Shown here one piece after another: positions 34,682-48,299 of a DNA stretch of 64,000 bases. A program made the translations under genes and the position numbers. The stretch covers positions 59,270,763 to 59,334,762 of the forward strand of contig JARDVH010000106.1 of assembly GCA_030324005.1 (NCBI GenBank). Reading direction: 5' to 3'. Below the pieces are notes generated by a model. That model was not told where the DNA came from. It made no database searches and worked only from the letters and a program-made list of their open reading frames with translations. The DNA comes from Negaprion brevirostris (lineage: Eukaryota). How positions within the stretch are numbered: position 1 is the first letter of the stretch; every line of letters begins with the position of its first letter.

Positions 34682-35139
34682 GTAAGAATATCTTGACATC
34701 CCTTTCTTGCATGCATAAAATATTGTTTACGGCATAGTTTGGAGATTTTATTTCTAGTGGGTAATGCCTCCTGAGCTGTGTCAACGTCATTTAAATACCT
34801 ATTAATTGAACGTTATATATATAGTTATGAATTCAAGCTTTGAAGTGAAATGTCACGTTTAGAAAACAATTGGCACCCCTTACTGATTCCAAATTTGTTT
34901 CACAGTTGTTAAGAATAAATTAATTAAGTTTTGTATCTTGAAGTATTACTGAATTTGGCTTATACGTGATGAAATCCTGATGCAGCTGACAAGTGAAGGT
35001 GCCTTTCTTGCATACAAGAAAGGGTACTGTCACTATTTGGGGCACAGCTGGCTTTGGTCTGGTTGTCTTGTCACCCTTTTAACTGGTTTAAAAAGGAGTT
35101 AATATTCTGTAGGAGTACTATCAATTAATTCATTAAAAA

Positions 35140-35438
35140 GTTTACTTATTATTGTTACAAGTAAGCTTACATGAACACTGCAATGAAGTTATTGTGAAAA
35201 TCCCGTAGTCGCCATACTCCGGTGCCTGTATATGAGTACACTGAGGGAGAATTTAGCAAGGCAATGTACCTCACCAGCATGCCTTTCAGACTGTGGGAGG
35301 AAACCAGAGCACTCAGAGGAAACTCAAGCAGTCTTGGGGAGAATGCGCAGTCGCCGCACAGACAGCGACCCAAGCTGGGAATCGAACCCGAGCTACAGCT
35401 CTGTGAAATAGCAGTGCTAACCTCTGTGCCACCATGCA
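35140..35438 (-). mobile_element. HE1-like tRNA-derived SINE
   Basis: Minus strand begins gcatggtggcacagaggttagcactgct (A-box) ... gggttcgattcccagc (B-box). Confidence 0.8.
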
Positions 35439-36714
35439 GCTTTAGCCTTGGCTCAATGACAGCACACTTGCTTCTGAGTCAGTAGATTGTGGTTTAGGTC
35501 CTTCTCCAGAGATTGAATTCCAGAATTCACTAGCTCAGGTACACAGAGAATGTGGCATAGTCATTTAAAAGAAAACCATGATGGGTGAGACGTTAAACTG
35601 AATCTTAATGACCAAAGTTCTTCACTTGATGCATGAAGTACAAATATCTTTCAGAGGGATCAATTCTATCTCTTGGCAGTCCCAAATCAGTGGAAGGCAC
35701 TGCAACAGTTTTCTTACCACCAATGCAACTTTATTGCACTTAAACATTTGACATTAGATTAATAGTTTATCTTTAAACAGGCAAATATGTTTTTAGTTCA
35801 GAGAAATTAATGTTAGATCTCCTTAAATTTATTAACCTTTTATATTAAGTGTTGAATTCTAAAATCTGAAGGAGTGTAAAACAGTCTCATCACATTTGGA
35901 AGAATGGGAGCAGTGATTTTTGTGAACTTAATTGTGCATCTGTGCTTTTAAGCCCGTGTTTCCTTAAAATATCTCATTTGGCGAAATCGCAAGTGTTTCT
36001 AAATTCTTTGTCCTTTCTTTGCAAAAAGTTAAAATTATTCCTTCACTTAAAAATACCTAAAACCATTAGCACTTCACTAACAAGTAAGAGTTGTTTTTAA
36101 GGCCAATATGGTGAAAACTAATGCTGATGACTTTACTGAACTAGACATGGCTGTATTTGTCTGTATAGTGAAAACAATTTTGACTGGCATTATAAAGTAG
36201 CCATTTTCCTTTCCTACCCCTAAACACCACTTTTAAGTATTTGCAGATTATTGAAGAGTCCCCAGTGCACCCCAGAATAATTCTGTCCAGACTAGTTTCA
36301 TTCGATTTTATAAATAATTTCCTCAAAACGTATTTAATTACTTGATGTTGGTATTTGTTTTGCATGTTAATTATTATGCTTCCCAGAGTGAGTAACAACT
36401 GATTTGATTTTTGTTGTCATCTTGTTTCCAGAGATCTATACTTTTTTTTTCAGCAGTAACTGAAAGACCAATTTAAAACCATCTTGACAGAGGCCACTAA
36501 TTCAAGATTATAGTAGCTTGTCAAGAGACTGAGTAGTGGGGAAATAATGGGGTTTTTTGGTGGTAAGGCACTGAAACTGGTATCTTACAAATAGAATTGC
36601 AGAAATATTTGTGAGTTTGCTCAATGTCAAGATATTTGTCATTTTCTAAGAAATTCAAAGTGTGGTTTTTATCTTTTTAAATTAATCCTATTTTTGCTTC
36701 ATAAAAATTTCTAG

Positions 36715-36775
36715 GATCTGGACTTTGTACGTTTCATTATCAACTGCTTTAAGATCTATTATCCTAAGTATCTTT
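36715..36775 (+). CDS. MOSPD2: MOSPD2 exon 6, 61 bp: DLDFVRFIINCFKIYYPKYL
   Basis: AG/GTAAGT boundaries, phase 0/1. YYP CRAL-TRIO motif. Confidence 0.95.
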
Positions 36776-39039
36776 GTAAGTACAGTTTACCACTGGTCTT
36801 TTGATCAGACAAGATCTTTTTTGTATTTGGAGATGGGTTCATCAGTCATTAATTTACTCCTGTTTATGGATTTAAATCATTGAATATCAAACTTTTATCC
36901 TTGTTTATTATGTTTTTACCACTGTTTATGTGATGCCCAATTTACTTACCATGTTAAAATTGCCAAAGCAAATAGATCCTTGCTTCCCTTTGGCTCCAGC
37001 TCTGCTCATTACGTTCAATCATTTTTAAAACCTGCAATTTTGCATGTGTTTATGATTGAAATGTACAGTGAGCTCCACTGATGACCCAGTGAGTAAAGAT
37101 TCTAGTCAATGTAGAACTGAGGCATGCCGGTTAAAATACTCCAGCATTATATTCTGAGTTCTTAACTAACTTAGGCAGCTCTAATCTGTGGTTTAGGGCT
37201 AGGGTGAGAAATCTCTTGTCTTTGTTTACTTAGTCAGTCCTTGCTTCTAGTCAGTGCCCAATGCAAAGTGGAGGTCTGTTAATGGTAGAAAATAACAGGC
37301 TTACTTACTTATACACTCTGTTGTTCTGAAGATCTAAAAACACTGGCCATTCACGCTCCTGCTGCAGCGAAGTTAGAGAATTTGGTGCCCGGCCAAGTCT
37401 CCGTTCACTGCAGTGAGGTGGGAAACTCCTGCTGGCCTGACATCTGTAACATTCCGGCTGATATATAAGCTTAAACATGAAGAATGATTACTTAGGCAAA
37501 GTATTTGAGGGCATCCAATACTGTAGAAGGCCAGCAAGTGAAAACATAATTATAGAGCAGTGAAGTAGAGATAAGCAATTGAAGCGGGGGAAGGACGCTG
37601 TTATCCTTGATCTCTGCACAGATCATTGGTGAGCTAGTCAAGCTTTTATTCATTGTTCGTGAATTCATTAGAGCCCTTCAGTCTACTATGGCCTTGTAGC
37701 AGGTTCCCAAGGTAGGAACACAAAGAAGATGAGTGATATTATTCAACAAAACTTAACATTGAAGTGTAATTCTTTATATGGGAAAATATGAAACAGCACA
37801 TATTACTGAAAATAAGAGTAGTGGAATTCTGAAATTATAACTAATTATATTTGGTTTATGATGACTCCATTAATTTTTCAGTGTTGCTGTCTTAATTTGT
37901 CATTAGTCTTTTGTCATACATTCACCTACTTTTGGTACAATGCTCCTGTCAGGTGACAGTAATGCAGTTATAAGTACTCCTTCTGTGAAAATCTTCTCTT
38001 GGTGCATGAGAAGACCTAATTTTTCCAATTAAATTAATCTCATCCAGCATCATGTTTGCACTAAAATGTTATGGAGTATTGAGAAGTAGCAAAGCTCAAC
38101 AGAATCAGTAGCAGAAGTTAACAACAGCACAAAAAAGCTTGGCAGTAGTAAATGAGATAAAATGAAAAGATTACAACAGAACAGTCTGTGTATATTGGGT
38201 GAACAGAAGGCTAAAGGTGATCTTGAGGTGTTATAAAGGAATTAGTGACCTTCACAAACTTTGAAAATTGCATTCTTCTTTGAGTTTTACAGCCCAGAGG
38301 AAGCTGTTTGCCAATTTCACCAGTGTTTGGTCATCTGAAAAACTATCCACATGGTCCACTTCCTTTTTTGTTCTCTTTTTCAAATATTTATCCGTGTTCC
38401 TTAAATGTTGTTATCTATTCAACCACCATGCTGTTTCACGTGGGGAACTCCATATCCTAAAAACCTTTTCAAATTAAAATCAGATGAGTGAAAGTCGTCT
38501 TGTGTCTTTTGGTCTTGTGTTGATTTAAATCCATGCTGTCTAGTTATTGAAATGCTGATCTTTGGAAATAATTTTCCACCAATGATTTATATATGTTTAG
38601 CATTGCTTCTGTATTTGTACTCTGTATACTCTTATTTATATAACATAGCAATGCATATGTGATGTCATCTGATTTGGCAACTTAAAAATACTTGTGGTCA
38701 TCTTTTCTTTAGAGTTACGATATGTATTTGGCCTGCGATGTAGGGTTTGTCAGGATAGATGTGGGATTTATTTATTTTACAAACTGTTGAAATGGTGCAT
38801 ATGCTACAACATTGGGAAGATGTGCCACATTTTGAAAACAAAACTGAAATTTACATGTTCAAAAGTTTTTTTTTTCTGCAATTACCTCCTGATGGAGAAA
38901 GTGAATTGCGGAGAAGTTCAGCAAATTTTAAATTGCACACGAGAGGCCAACCTTTGAAAGTTTATTTCTTGTTCATTTCCAAGCCCTGAAATTTCAATCA
39001 GTTGAAATGCAAAATATTAGTTAATTCAAGCTGACACAT

Positions 39040-40020
39040 TAAATCATAGAATGGTTACATCACAGAGCTATTTGGCCAGTCATGTCCCCATTAACTCTCT
39101 GAAGAAGCAGCTTAGTTCTCGGCCCTGTTTTACCTGTGGCCCTGCAATTTATTTTTCAGATTATTCTCCAATTCCTTTTGAAAGGCACAATTGAGTCTGC
39201 CTCTACCATGCATTCAAGCATTTGATCTAGCTGCTCACTTTGTAAGAGGTTTTTCTTCATGTTGCCTCTATTTTTTTTGGCAATCACCNNNNNNNNNNNN
39301 NNNNNNNNNNNNNNNNNNNNNNNNNNNNNAACAGATGCTCCCTAGCTACTTTGTCCACACTTCTCAAGATGTTGAATACCCCAATCGAATCTCTCAACCT
39401 TCTCCAAGGAAAACAGCCCCAACTTCTCTAATCTACCCACCTAACTGAAGTTTCTCATCTCCAAAACCATTTATGTATTTGTGCACATCTGCAGATTTTG
39501 AAAATATGCCCTGCGGACTCAAGTCTAGGTCATTAATATTGGTCAAGAGAATCAGCCCTCCTAATACTGACCCCTGGGGAAACTTCACTATTTCCCTCCA
39601 TTCTGAAGAACAGCAAATAACTAATTAATGTTTTTTGTCACACAGGTAACTACATATCCGTGTTGTTACTTACTATCTATTTTATTACATAGGCTTCTGT
39701 TTTGCTGACATTCCTGTTATGTGGCACTTCATCAAACACCTTTTGGAGGCCCATGAACACCACGTACCCTCCTGAGCCCTCTGTATTTCATTCAAATTGG
39801 TTAAGCACAATTTATCTTTAACAAATCTGTTCCTTAATTAATCCACATTTGCCCAACTAGCTGTTNNNNNNNNNNNNNNNNNNNNNNNNNNNNNNNNNNN
39901 NNNNNNNNNNNNNNNNNCAATAAAAAAGTCAATCCTTACACTCTTCAAGCAAATCTCTGGCACCATCGTTATATCTGTGTAGGATTGGAAGATAATAGTC
40001 AATTTCTGTGTAACTTCCAC
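39040..40020 (-). mobile_element. Decayed CR1-type LINE fragments
   Basis: CR1-type tail (aatcatagaatgg) and RT remnants (gtggcacttcatcaaacacc). Confidence 0.6.
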
Positions 40021-40752
40021 CTAAGTAAGGGAGTAAAATATCTGCCCTTTATCAGTTTATCTCTTGCGATGTCTTAACTGTCGCTTCTTTCACCATGGTT
40101 TTTGCAGCATATTCAGCATGAATAATCAAGTTTTTAATTGAGATGATTGGACTGCAATGCCCTCCAGTACTGTGCATTCTTCTGAGGGAAAGGTCCTGTG
40201 GGGAAAATCAAGATAGAAATATAATGTACCTATTATGCCAGCTTCCATTTTCCCCCCTCTCTCCAAATAAATCAAACTGGCAGACTGTNNNNNNNNNNGT
40301 ACTGAAATTGTGCTCCTTGAAAAGCATACTGTTAAAGCTCTTCAGATACCAGCTTAATAACAGCTTTGTCTTTCCATGGCAAGATGAGAGTCTGACTTAA
40401 TAAACAGTCAGAATGCGGTATCTGTCAAAACTTGAAGGCACAACATATGGTATCATTTGAGAGTGCAGATCTAACTCCTGTGCTGTCTTTTGTTACCCAT
40501 GACCAATTGTAGACTTTGATTTGATTGATTTGTGAAATGTTCCTAATGAATTTGCTTTTGACTGTAATATTTTGACAAGCTAGGAGCTATCTTTCAAATA
40601 AAACTGATGTTGGTAGACTAATTAGCTATGGCTTGTATTTAGCTTATTGATCAGATTGTTCAAGGATACATGATTGAACTGATGGAAGAATTATTGTGCA
40701 GTTTCTTGTATTTAAAAACAAAAATACTGTATTTGTCTTTTTTATGTTGCAG

Positions 40753-40791
40753 CAAAAATGGTCATCTATGAAATGCCATGGATAATGAATG
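40753..40791 (+). CDS. MOSPD2: MOSPD2 exon 7, 39 bp: (S)KMVIYEMPWIMN
   Basis: ttgcAG/GTAAGG boundaries, phase 1/1. Confidence 0.94.
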
Positions 40792-40886
40792 GTAAGGAAT
40801 GGTAATGTTTTGAGAAGAATAATGAATAGTTTTAGATAAATGGACAAATAGAAACTTGTGATCTTTTGGAATTTTTTATTCTGTAG

Positions 40887-41011
40887 CTGCCTGGAAGATG
40901 GTCAAATCATGGCTAGGACCAGATGCCATCAACATGCTGAAATTTACCACCAAAGCTGACGTGCAGGAGTATATAAATACTGAGTATTTGCCAACACACA
41001 TGGGAGGAATT
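40887..41011 (+). CDS. MOSPD2: MOSPD2 exon 8, 125 bp: (A)AWKMVKSWLGPDAINMLKFTTKADVQEYINTEYLPTHMGGI
   Basis: AG/GTAAGT boundaries, phase 1/0. LPxHMGG motif at the end of CRAL-TRIO. Confidence 0.96.
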
Positions 41012-41974
41012 GTAAGTTGTTTCTTTTATAGAAGCAAATTTTGACTTGGTGGAGATTTTAAAAATATATATATTTTGAAATAACAATTTGAAAGGGCAGG
41101 TGACATAAACCACCTGAACATGATCAGAAATATAAAATTTAAACCTGAATAGTCCTATTTTATAGAAGAATAATCAGCTTTCAAATGCATAGTGGCACCT
41201 GCAAAAGATTTCATTTGTGGTGCTGCAAAGCATTTTTATTGTCTCATTGTTATTCCGTTGAATTGAAGGCAATGAATTGTTTTTTCTGAGTGCTTTGTGG
41301 AATGAGACAGTTATGTGACCAACGAAAAAGCCAAAAATGCTAATACCCCTGAGGCTAATGCAATATAATGCACCCTAATTTTATTAATAAGGGCAGGAAA
41401 TATGATCTTGGTGTTTAGTTTTTTCTGTACACTCCTTTGTTCTTGATAGTTACCTGAAGCACATTTTTAAAGTTTGCACCTTTTACATCTGAAGGCATTT
41501 TCCAATTTGCTGTTTTCAAAAAAGCTTTTCAGTGCAAGTCACTGAGCACACCTAAGTGTAGAATATTGTTGGTTCTATGTTTGCTAGCTGTCTTTTTCAC
41601 TGTCTGAAACAATGCCAGAGAATCAGGTACCATCTTTAAGGTAATTGCATTTACTTGGAAAGATTTTTTATATTCAAAGCAGTAGCTTAAACCCCTTATT
41701 CCATATATGGATATTGTGTCTTGGTGCTGGAAGTTCAATCACTCTCGCACTCTCTGGTAAACTAACTGCATCAGTGTGTTTTCAGGGATATCTTACAAAT
41801 CTTGCTGTTTTGCAGTCAGTGTGAATCGCATGGGCCTTCTATCTAGGTGGAAATGTTGACGAGCTGCCCTTGAGATGCTAACACTTTCATCTTGGAACTA
41901 AATTTAAACACAAAAGCATATTTGTTACAACCCGACATTCTTAACTTTTTTGGGGGACTTTGGAGACTCGCAGT

Positions 41975-42192
41975 TTAAAGGTAGGGTCCCAGATGATCAT
42001 ATGCTGCTCTCGTCTTTGAGGGGGAGAGCTGACTAGTGGTGGTTTAACCTGAGGATCACCACACCTCTGGTGAGGGGCAAGGTTGAAAAGCAGAACCTTA
42101 ATGAATAACCTCAGCTGGTACAGGAATTAAAAATGTACTGTTGGCATCGTACTGCACCATGAACCAGCTGTCCAGCTGAGCTAAACTGACCC
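41975..42192 (-). mobile_element. tRNA-derived SINE (second family)
   Basis: Minus strand begins ggtcagtttagctcagctgg (A-box-like), with body cctcaggttaaaccaccac. Confidence 0.6.
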
Positions 42193-43874
42193 TACTTTTT
42201 GTCTGTCCATTGTTGGTTGGCACACTGGCTCCTGCCAGTGTTTCTAAATGTAAACACCTTGTACGTTCCCAATGAAATAATCTAGGCCCAGTTTATTCCT
42301 TAGCAATCTAACTATTTGCGCTCATTGTCAGGTGAGCTTCAGAAAAGGTCACATCACCCCTTACATTTTACCTTAAAATTAAAGGCATCGTCCAAACTCT
42401 TTGAAACCTCATAATTGTAACAGTTCACATTGTATATTTGTGAATATGATAGGTGTTATTTTGTGGATTGTTGTAGATGAGTGATATTTATTGGAAGTAC
42501 AGTCACGTCATTGTTGCCCACTTCCGCATTGTGAATATTAAGGAAGGTTAAATTTAAGATTTTCTTTGAAGTTGCTTTTGAGCCCTTTGCAATATAAATT
42601 TCATCATTTATCTGTATGAAGCTGTCAATGAAATCTTTTGAACCACAAATATGACTAAATGTGGTAGTAAAAAATGAGAAAGGGCCAAATGAGATTGCTA
42701 ATTTTAAAATATGATTCATCAAACATCAATTTGGCAGTTGCTATAGGTGTGATTTTCCTAGTTAGGAGATGATTCAAAATGCCATTTGATGGAAGCTTGC
42801 ATAGTAATTTTTTTTTTGCTTGCTGTCATGAACTAGACTCTACCCAGTAATCACATCCGGTTTTGCCTTTTATGTAGATGATTTCAAAGGATGAGCACCA
42901 GAGGGTATTTTTTTCCCTCAATTTTGTGGAGTTTATACTGCTGCTCACTAAGTTTTCTGTGTTGGCTGCCAGTTTTATTCTGTTTGTTCTTGGATGAAAG
43001 ATGCTCATGGATGTTGTGGGTTAACTTGCAATAACTTGATTCCACCTACTGTTTAGAGATTTTCCCAGTAGCATCTATTTGCCATAATCCAATTGTACTC
43101 TAGTTATAATAAGAATTCTACCTTGCATGCCCTGGTGTGACTCTTACTAAAGTCGGTAAAGTTCTACTTTATTGTTTTTGATATGGAGACTTTGGATACG
43201 ATCATTCAAAATATCAGTAACCACTGCTGTTCTAGCTGTTAATTTAAATAGTTGCTGTTCTTAATTTATGATTAAAACATGGAACTTAGCACTAGAAGAA
43301 GCCATTGAGGAAAATAGCAAAAATATACTTAAAGGAAGCAAGTAAGTCGTACATGAGGGAGAAATGAACAGAAAGTTCTATTAATAGGGTTAGATAAAGA
43401 GGGGTGGAAGGAGGGTCATGGGGCACAAGCATGGTCTGAATGGACCAGTTTGATCAAATAGCCTTTTCTGAGCTGTAAGTTCAATGTAAAATGAGAGGAG
43501 TCCTAATTTATGCTGAAGATGTAGTTGTATAGGTCAGGTATCCTTCATCTGAAACTTTTGGGACCAGTTTGCATTTTGGCATTCAGATGTTTTCAGTTTT
43601 TGGGCCTAATTACATTACAATAGCCTAGGCTAGCTGTAGTTTACAAAGACTGGGTTGTTTCTCCTCTTATGCACCCTATTTCTCACCTGTCAACAAAACG
43701 GATTGTGTTTTTTTGGACTAAGTCACAGTCCGTTCTAAAAGTATGAAGATGTTTAAGTGATATAAACTAGAGGTAGTATAATGAGCTGTTTTAGTGCAAA
43801 CTGAAGGAAGCTCATTTATTTCCATTGATGTATTTTTTCTTTAACAGCTTATTTTCACATAATTCACTTGCATA

Positions 43875-43955
43875 CAGACTTGAAATGAGAACTTTGTTCC
43901 TCTTTCCATAGGTGCTGTCAAATCTGCTGAGCTTTTCCAACATTCTGTTTTTCTC
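43875..43955 (+). mobile_element. Degenerate family B-related fragment
   Basis: cagacttgaaatg...gctgtcaaatctgctgagcttttccaacattctgttt. Confidence 0.55.
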
Positions 43956-44061
43956 TCACTTAAACCATTAAAGATTTGAGTAGGACTATTCTACGACAAG
44001 AAATAATGTTAGACATATGAGCTGTAGAAGAAAACCAATGTTATGAGTCTACTAGTCAATC

Positions 44062-44310
44062 TATGGGATGGCACAGTTGGCACTGCTGCCTCAGAGCACC
44101 AGGGACCTGGGTTCAATTCCCAGCTTGGGTCTCTGCAGATTCTGCATGTTCTCCCCATGTCTGCATGGGTTTCTTCCCACAGCCCAAAAGGCCTGCCTGT
44201 TAGATGCACTGGCCACGCTAAATTCTCCCTCGGTGTACCTGAACCAACATTAGAGTGTGATGACTACGGGATTTTCACAGTTGGCATACTTGTGACACTG
44301 AAAACTTTTT
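44062..44310 (+). mobile_element. HE1-like tRNA-derived SINE
   Basis: ggcacagttggcactgctgcctcagagcaccagggacctgggttcaattccc. Same subfamily as 35140-35438. Confidence 0.8.
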
Positions 44311-45994
44311 AAGCTTTATGTCTATGTTCAGCAAAATGGTTGATCCATTTTGAGTTTTTTAATGCTGCATTGTTGCTGCTTAATACTTTGGGAAGGCTCT
44401 TAATGGGAAGACTAGATTGGCTACCCATTTGTTGAGATATTGGGTTTAATGAAGTCAGTAAAGTTAAACAGTTTTAGTGGGCAAGCTGATGTAATGTGTT
44501 CTGTAGTGTGGGATTCATGGCTGCAATCAGGCTGTCTCTTGTCCACTTATGGGGTATGTGCCTGCATCATCTATATCCTGTGTGGATAAGGTTGTGGAAT
44601 ATCCATTGTTCTGGAGGGAAGTTGAAGCCAGGTAGGTACCTGTGCTATCAGACCTGTGATGGGTGTTCATTCTTTAAGCTACTTGCAGTCCAAAATTCCA
44701 TCGATCTGGGTAGTGGGTTGATAACAGCTGTGTGAATATTATCTGCTGTCTTACAGAATGGCTGGTGTGATTTTTAACTGCTTTCTTAGTGGGATTTTTA
44801 GGTCTTTGCAAATGGGAATATTAGTGCTTTTCATAACATTTTCCACCTCTCAGCATGATGGTGCTTTGGTATGGGGGAGATGTGGGAGGGACTTAAGTAT
44901 TCTTAAAGCCATTCTCATGGCAGCATTCAGCTTCAAGCTGACAATGCGTGTGTGGAACATCAGGCAAAGCAGTATCCTTCAGCAGAGTTGACATGGGCCA
45001 CAGTTACAGTGCAAAGCTTTTTTGGCTGTTTCCATGACATTAGGTGAGTGTTCTGTTGAAGATTACAACCAGGTATTTTAACTGGTGGTCGTAAGTTGCC
45101 TTCTGCAGAAGCAAACCTTGAATCCCTTCCCAGTTGTTATTCTGATGGAGCATCAACACAGCAGTTTTTTGTTTTGCTGGGCAAAGGCACCTGGTTCTGA
45201 AATAGCAGTCCAGCAGGTCCAGGTTGTTTGCACGTGTTGTACTTGCTCTAGTGTTAATGCCTATTTAGAGTGCCAGGTTAGTGGTATAGCAGAACTTTTG
45301 AGATTTGATGCAAGCCATGTCCACCCCATAGATGCATAATTAGCTATGCACAAGTTGCATCAACCCTTTATGAAAAAGCTGATTAAACTGAAAGTTGCTA
45401 GTTAGCTAACAGTTGCAATCACATTGGACTCAATTTCATGTCAATTATTCTTTGACATTATGCCTATAGTATGAGAATCCTACCTTTTATTTCTTGTTGG
45501 GACTTCAGTCTCCAAACTAGACAGTTGTGTCTATCAAAATATGGTATGGCAAAGCAATCTGTCTGTCTTTGTGCAGTCCTTATGATTGGAATCCAGTTAT
45601 AAGCAAACCAACATTGGAATGTAAACAAAAATACTGTGGATGAGGATTTGGATAAATGTCACATTTGAAAGACCGCACTTCCTGAGGTATTGCTGCATTC
45701 GGACGTGTCTGCTTCATGTGCCAAGTCTTTGAGGAGTGCGGCTAGAACTTAGGATTTTCTAACTCGAGATTGCTACAAGGTTGACTTTGGTGTCAGAACT
45801 CCAGTTCACGTTTTTGTAATTATCTCGGCCAATCTTCATAAATTCTTTAATCTTTAGGTGGCTAATTAAAATTGTAAAGTTAGCTTAAAAACTCAAATTT
45901 TTGGAAGCTGAACACATGACTAAAATATTTGAACGATCTAATTTAATTTGGCTTTTCATGTTATAGGCACAGGAGGACTTTTGGTGGCATTTTA

Positions 45995-46720
45995 AGCACA
46001 TAAGAAATAGGAGTAGGCCATCTCGCCCTTCGAGCCTGCCCCGCCATTCAATAAGATCATGGCTGATCTGAAGTGGATCAGTTCCNNNNNNNNNNNNNNN
46101 NNNNNNNNNNNNNNNNNNNNNNNNNNNNNNNNNNNNNNNNNNNNNNNNNNNNNNNNNNNNNNNNNNNNNNNNNNNNNNNNNNNNNGACCACACCCACCAG
46201 TGACTTTCTCCCCTTACTATTCCTTATCTCCACCCACAACGATTCCACGTTTTGCTCTTTGGCGCCTATATCGTCTCTCACTATCCTTTATTAACAGAGC
46301 TACCCCACCACCTTTTTCCTTCCTGTCTATTCTTCCTAAATGTCTGATACCCCTGGATATTCAGTTCCCAGTCCCGGTCACCCGTTTCCGTAATGGCCAC
46401 TAGATCATACCCGTTTGTGCTAATTTGTGCCATCAACTCATTCACTTTGTTTCGAATGCGTCGTGCATTCAGGTAAAGTGTCTTTATGTCAACCTTTATC
46501 TGGACCCGATTTGTAGAAGCGCTACTAACATCTCCCATGCCCTCTATTCCTTTAATTAGTGGAACGTCCTCAACATTAACCTGCAGTCGTACCCTCTCTT
46601 TTACTTTTGATTTTGCAGTTCCCTATACACCTGCACTCTCCCCCCCACTAATTAGTTTAAAACCCTATGTACAGCCCTAGTTATACGATTCACCAGGACT
46701 CTGGTCCCAGCACAATTCAT
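45995..46720 (-). mobile_element. CR1-type LINE: 3' end (45995-46085) and ORF2 5'/APE region (46186-46720), joined across a 100-N gap
   Basis: LYLNARRIRNKVNELMAQISTNGYDLVAITET and VESLWVEIRNSKGRKSLVGVV motifs. Confidence 0.85.
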
Positions 46721-47612
46721 GATTCTCTCTCTCTCCACCCTCCTGCCGCCGCCACTCCCCACCATCCCCTTTACTGCAGAAATATGAACTTTAATAAAGT
46801 TCTCCAGGTTCTGAACTTTAGTTGCAGTGTACAGTCATTAACTAAATTGGTTATTAACTCTACTTTGTCAGCTAAAAAAAAGGATATACGCTATCAAAGG
46901 TAAAATTCTGTTTTATAGGGAGCAGAAGAAATACATTCTAATTTCTGTCCCAATAACATTTAATATATAAAGACTTTTCCTACTGCATGGTATATGTTTA
47001 ACTCTAAAATGACAAGCATCTTCCAGCACCTGAAATATAGGCTAGACTTAAATCCTGTCATAAGAACTAGATTCTGAACCATCCACCTTTTTGCTATGTA
47101 CTTCCAGCTCTTCCAAGGTCTTTCTTCAGATTATGCACAATTTTTTTTCAGCTCATGTTCTCAGCCTGCCATAACTAGATTTGCAGCATTTATTGACCTG
47201 GTCATGTCCCAGTAATTTGAGATGTTGCCTTCCTCAAGTTTTCCTAAGACTGCTGTTAATTCACTAAATAGTTGCTAGCTTTCCTGAACAAAAATTGATT
47301 CCTTTTCCAATATTCCTACCTTTAATATTAACTATGCCAGGGATTGATAACACGTTGAGGAATTTGATATTTGAAATTTTAGCGTTGAGCTGATGTATAA
47401 AATTATTGCTTTTATTCAAATATTTTATCTGAAAACTGAACCACAAATATTCTATAGCGTTTAAACCATTACTGCTTATACTATTTGAAATGAAATGAAG
47501 GAGAATTTATTTTGCATTAATTTAGTTGACAGTGAAAGACTTACTTTTTTTGTGTATATTTTGAATTTTTCTTGATTAAACTTCAAATTAATCTAAGCAT
47601 CCCTCCTTTTAG

Positions 47613-47786
47613 GATCCTTTTAAATATAGCTACCCGCCATTGCCAGATGATGATTTTCAAACGCCCATATGTGAAAATGGTCCAGTTCCAGGTGAAGATG
47701 AATTGGATGGAAAAGAAAAAGGAGATGGAGATATCAAGGAAACTGACACTAACCACAATGAAGAACCCTTGCAGAAAGCAAAAAAG
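47613..47786 (+). CDS. MOSPD2: MOSPD2 exon 9, 174 bp: DPFKYSYPPLPDDDFQTPICENGPVPGEDELDGKEKGDGDIKETDTNHNEEPLQKAKK
   Basis: ccttttAG / AAG|GTAGAG boundaries, phase 0/0. DPFKYSYPPL motif followed by an acidic linker. Confidence 0.95.
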
Positions 47787-48299
47787 GTAGAGCTCTTTAA
47801 AATTTACTAAAATTGTAACCTAGCCAAATCAGATAATTTGGAACGTGTAATAATCATTGAGATTGCAATTCTAGTAATTTCATTGTTCACTTTCCAAAAA
47901 AACTTTTACCTGTTTTTGTTAATTGCAATGTTCCATATCCATACATACATTTTGGCTCAAATACATATTATAACATTGCAGCTTACAACTGGACAGGTAG
48001 GGTGTCTACCAGTAAAAACATAACATCTATAAAAGGAAAGGTGGATAAAGGCCATCAAGGCTCATCCAACCATTAGTGTGTGTAACTCCTTCTCACTAGC
48101 CACTGGGAAAAAAACTGCAGCTTATTGTAAGGACATGGGAATCCTCGATGGAGCCTCATTTACGTTTGAAACTGTGTTCTGGATGCAACAGGAATGACTC
48201 TTAATGCCAAGCAATATCATAACACTTTTATTGAATAATAAGTGATATAACAATTATAATTGATAACATAAGAGAAAGTTAATAAAAGACAACTTTGCA

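Noticed and set aside
35380-35438. tRNA-like A/B boxes (also at 44.1, 42.2 and 62.5 kb)
   Set aside because: These are SINE heads. No complete cloverleaf is present.
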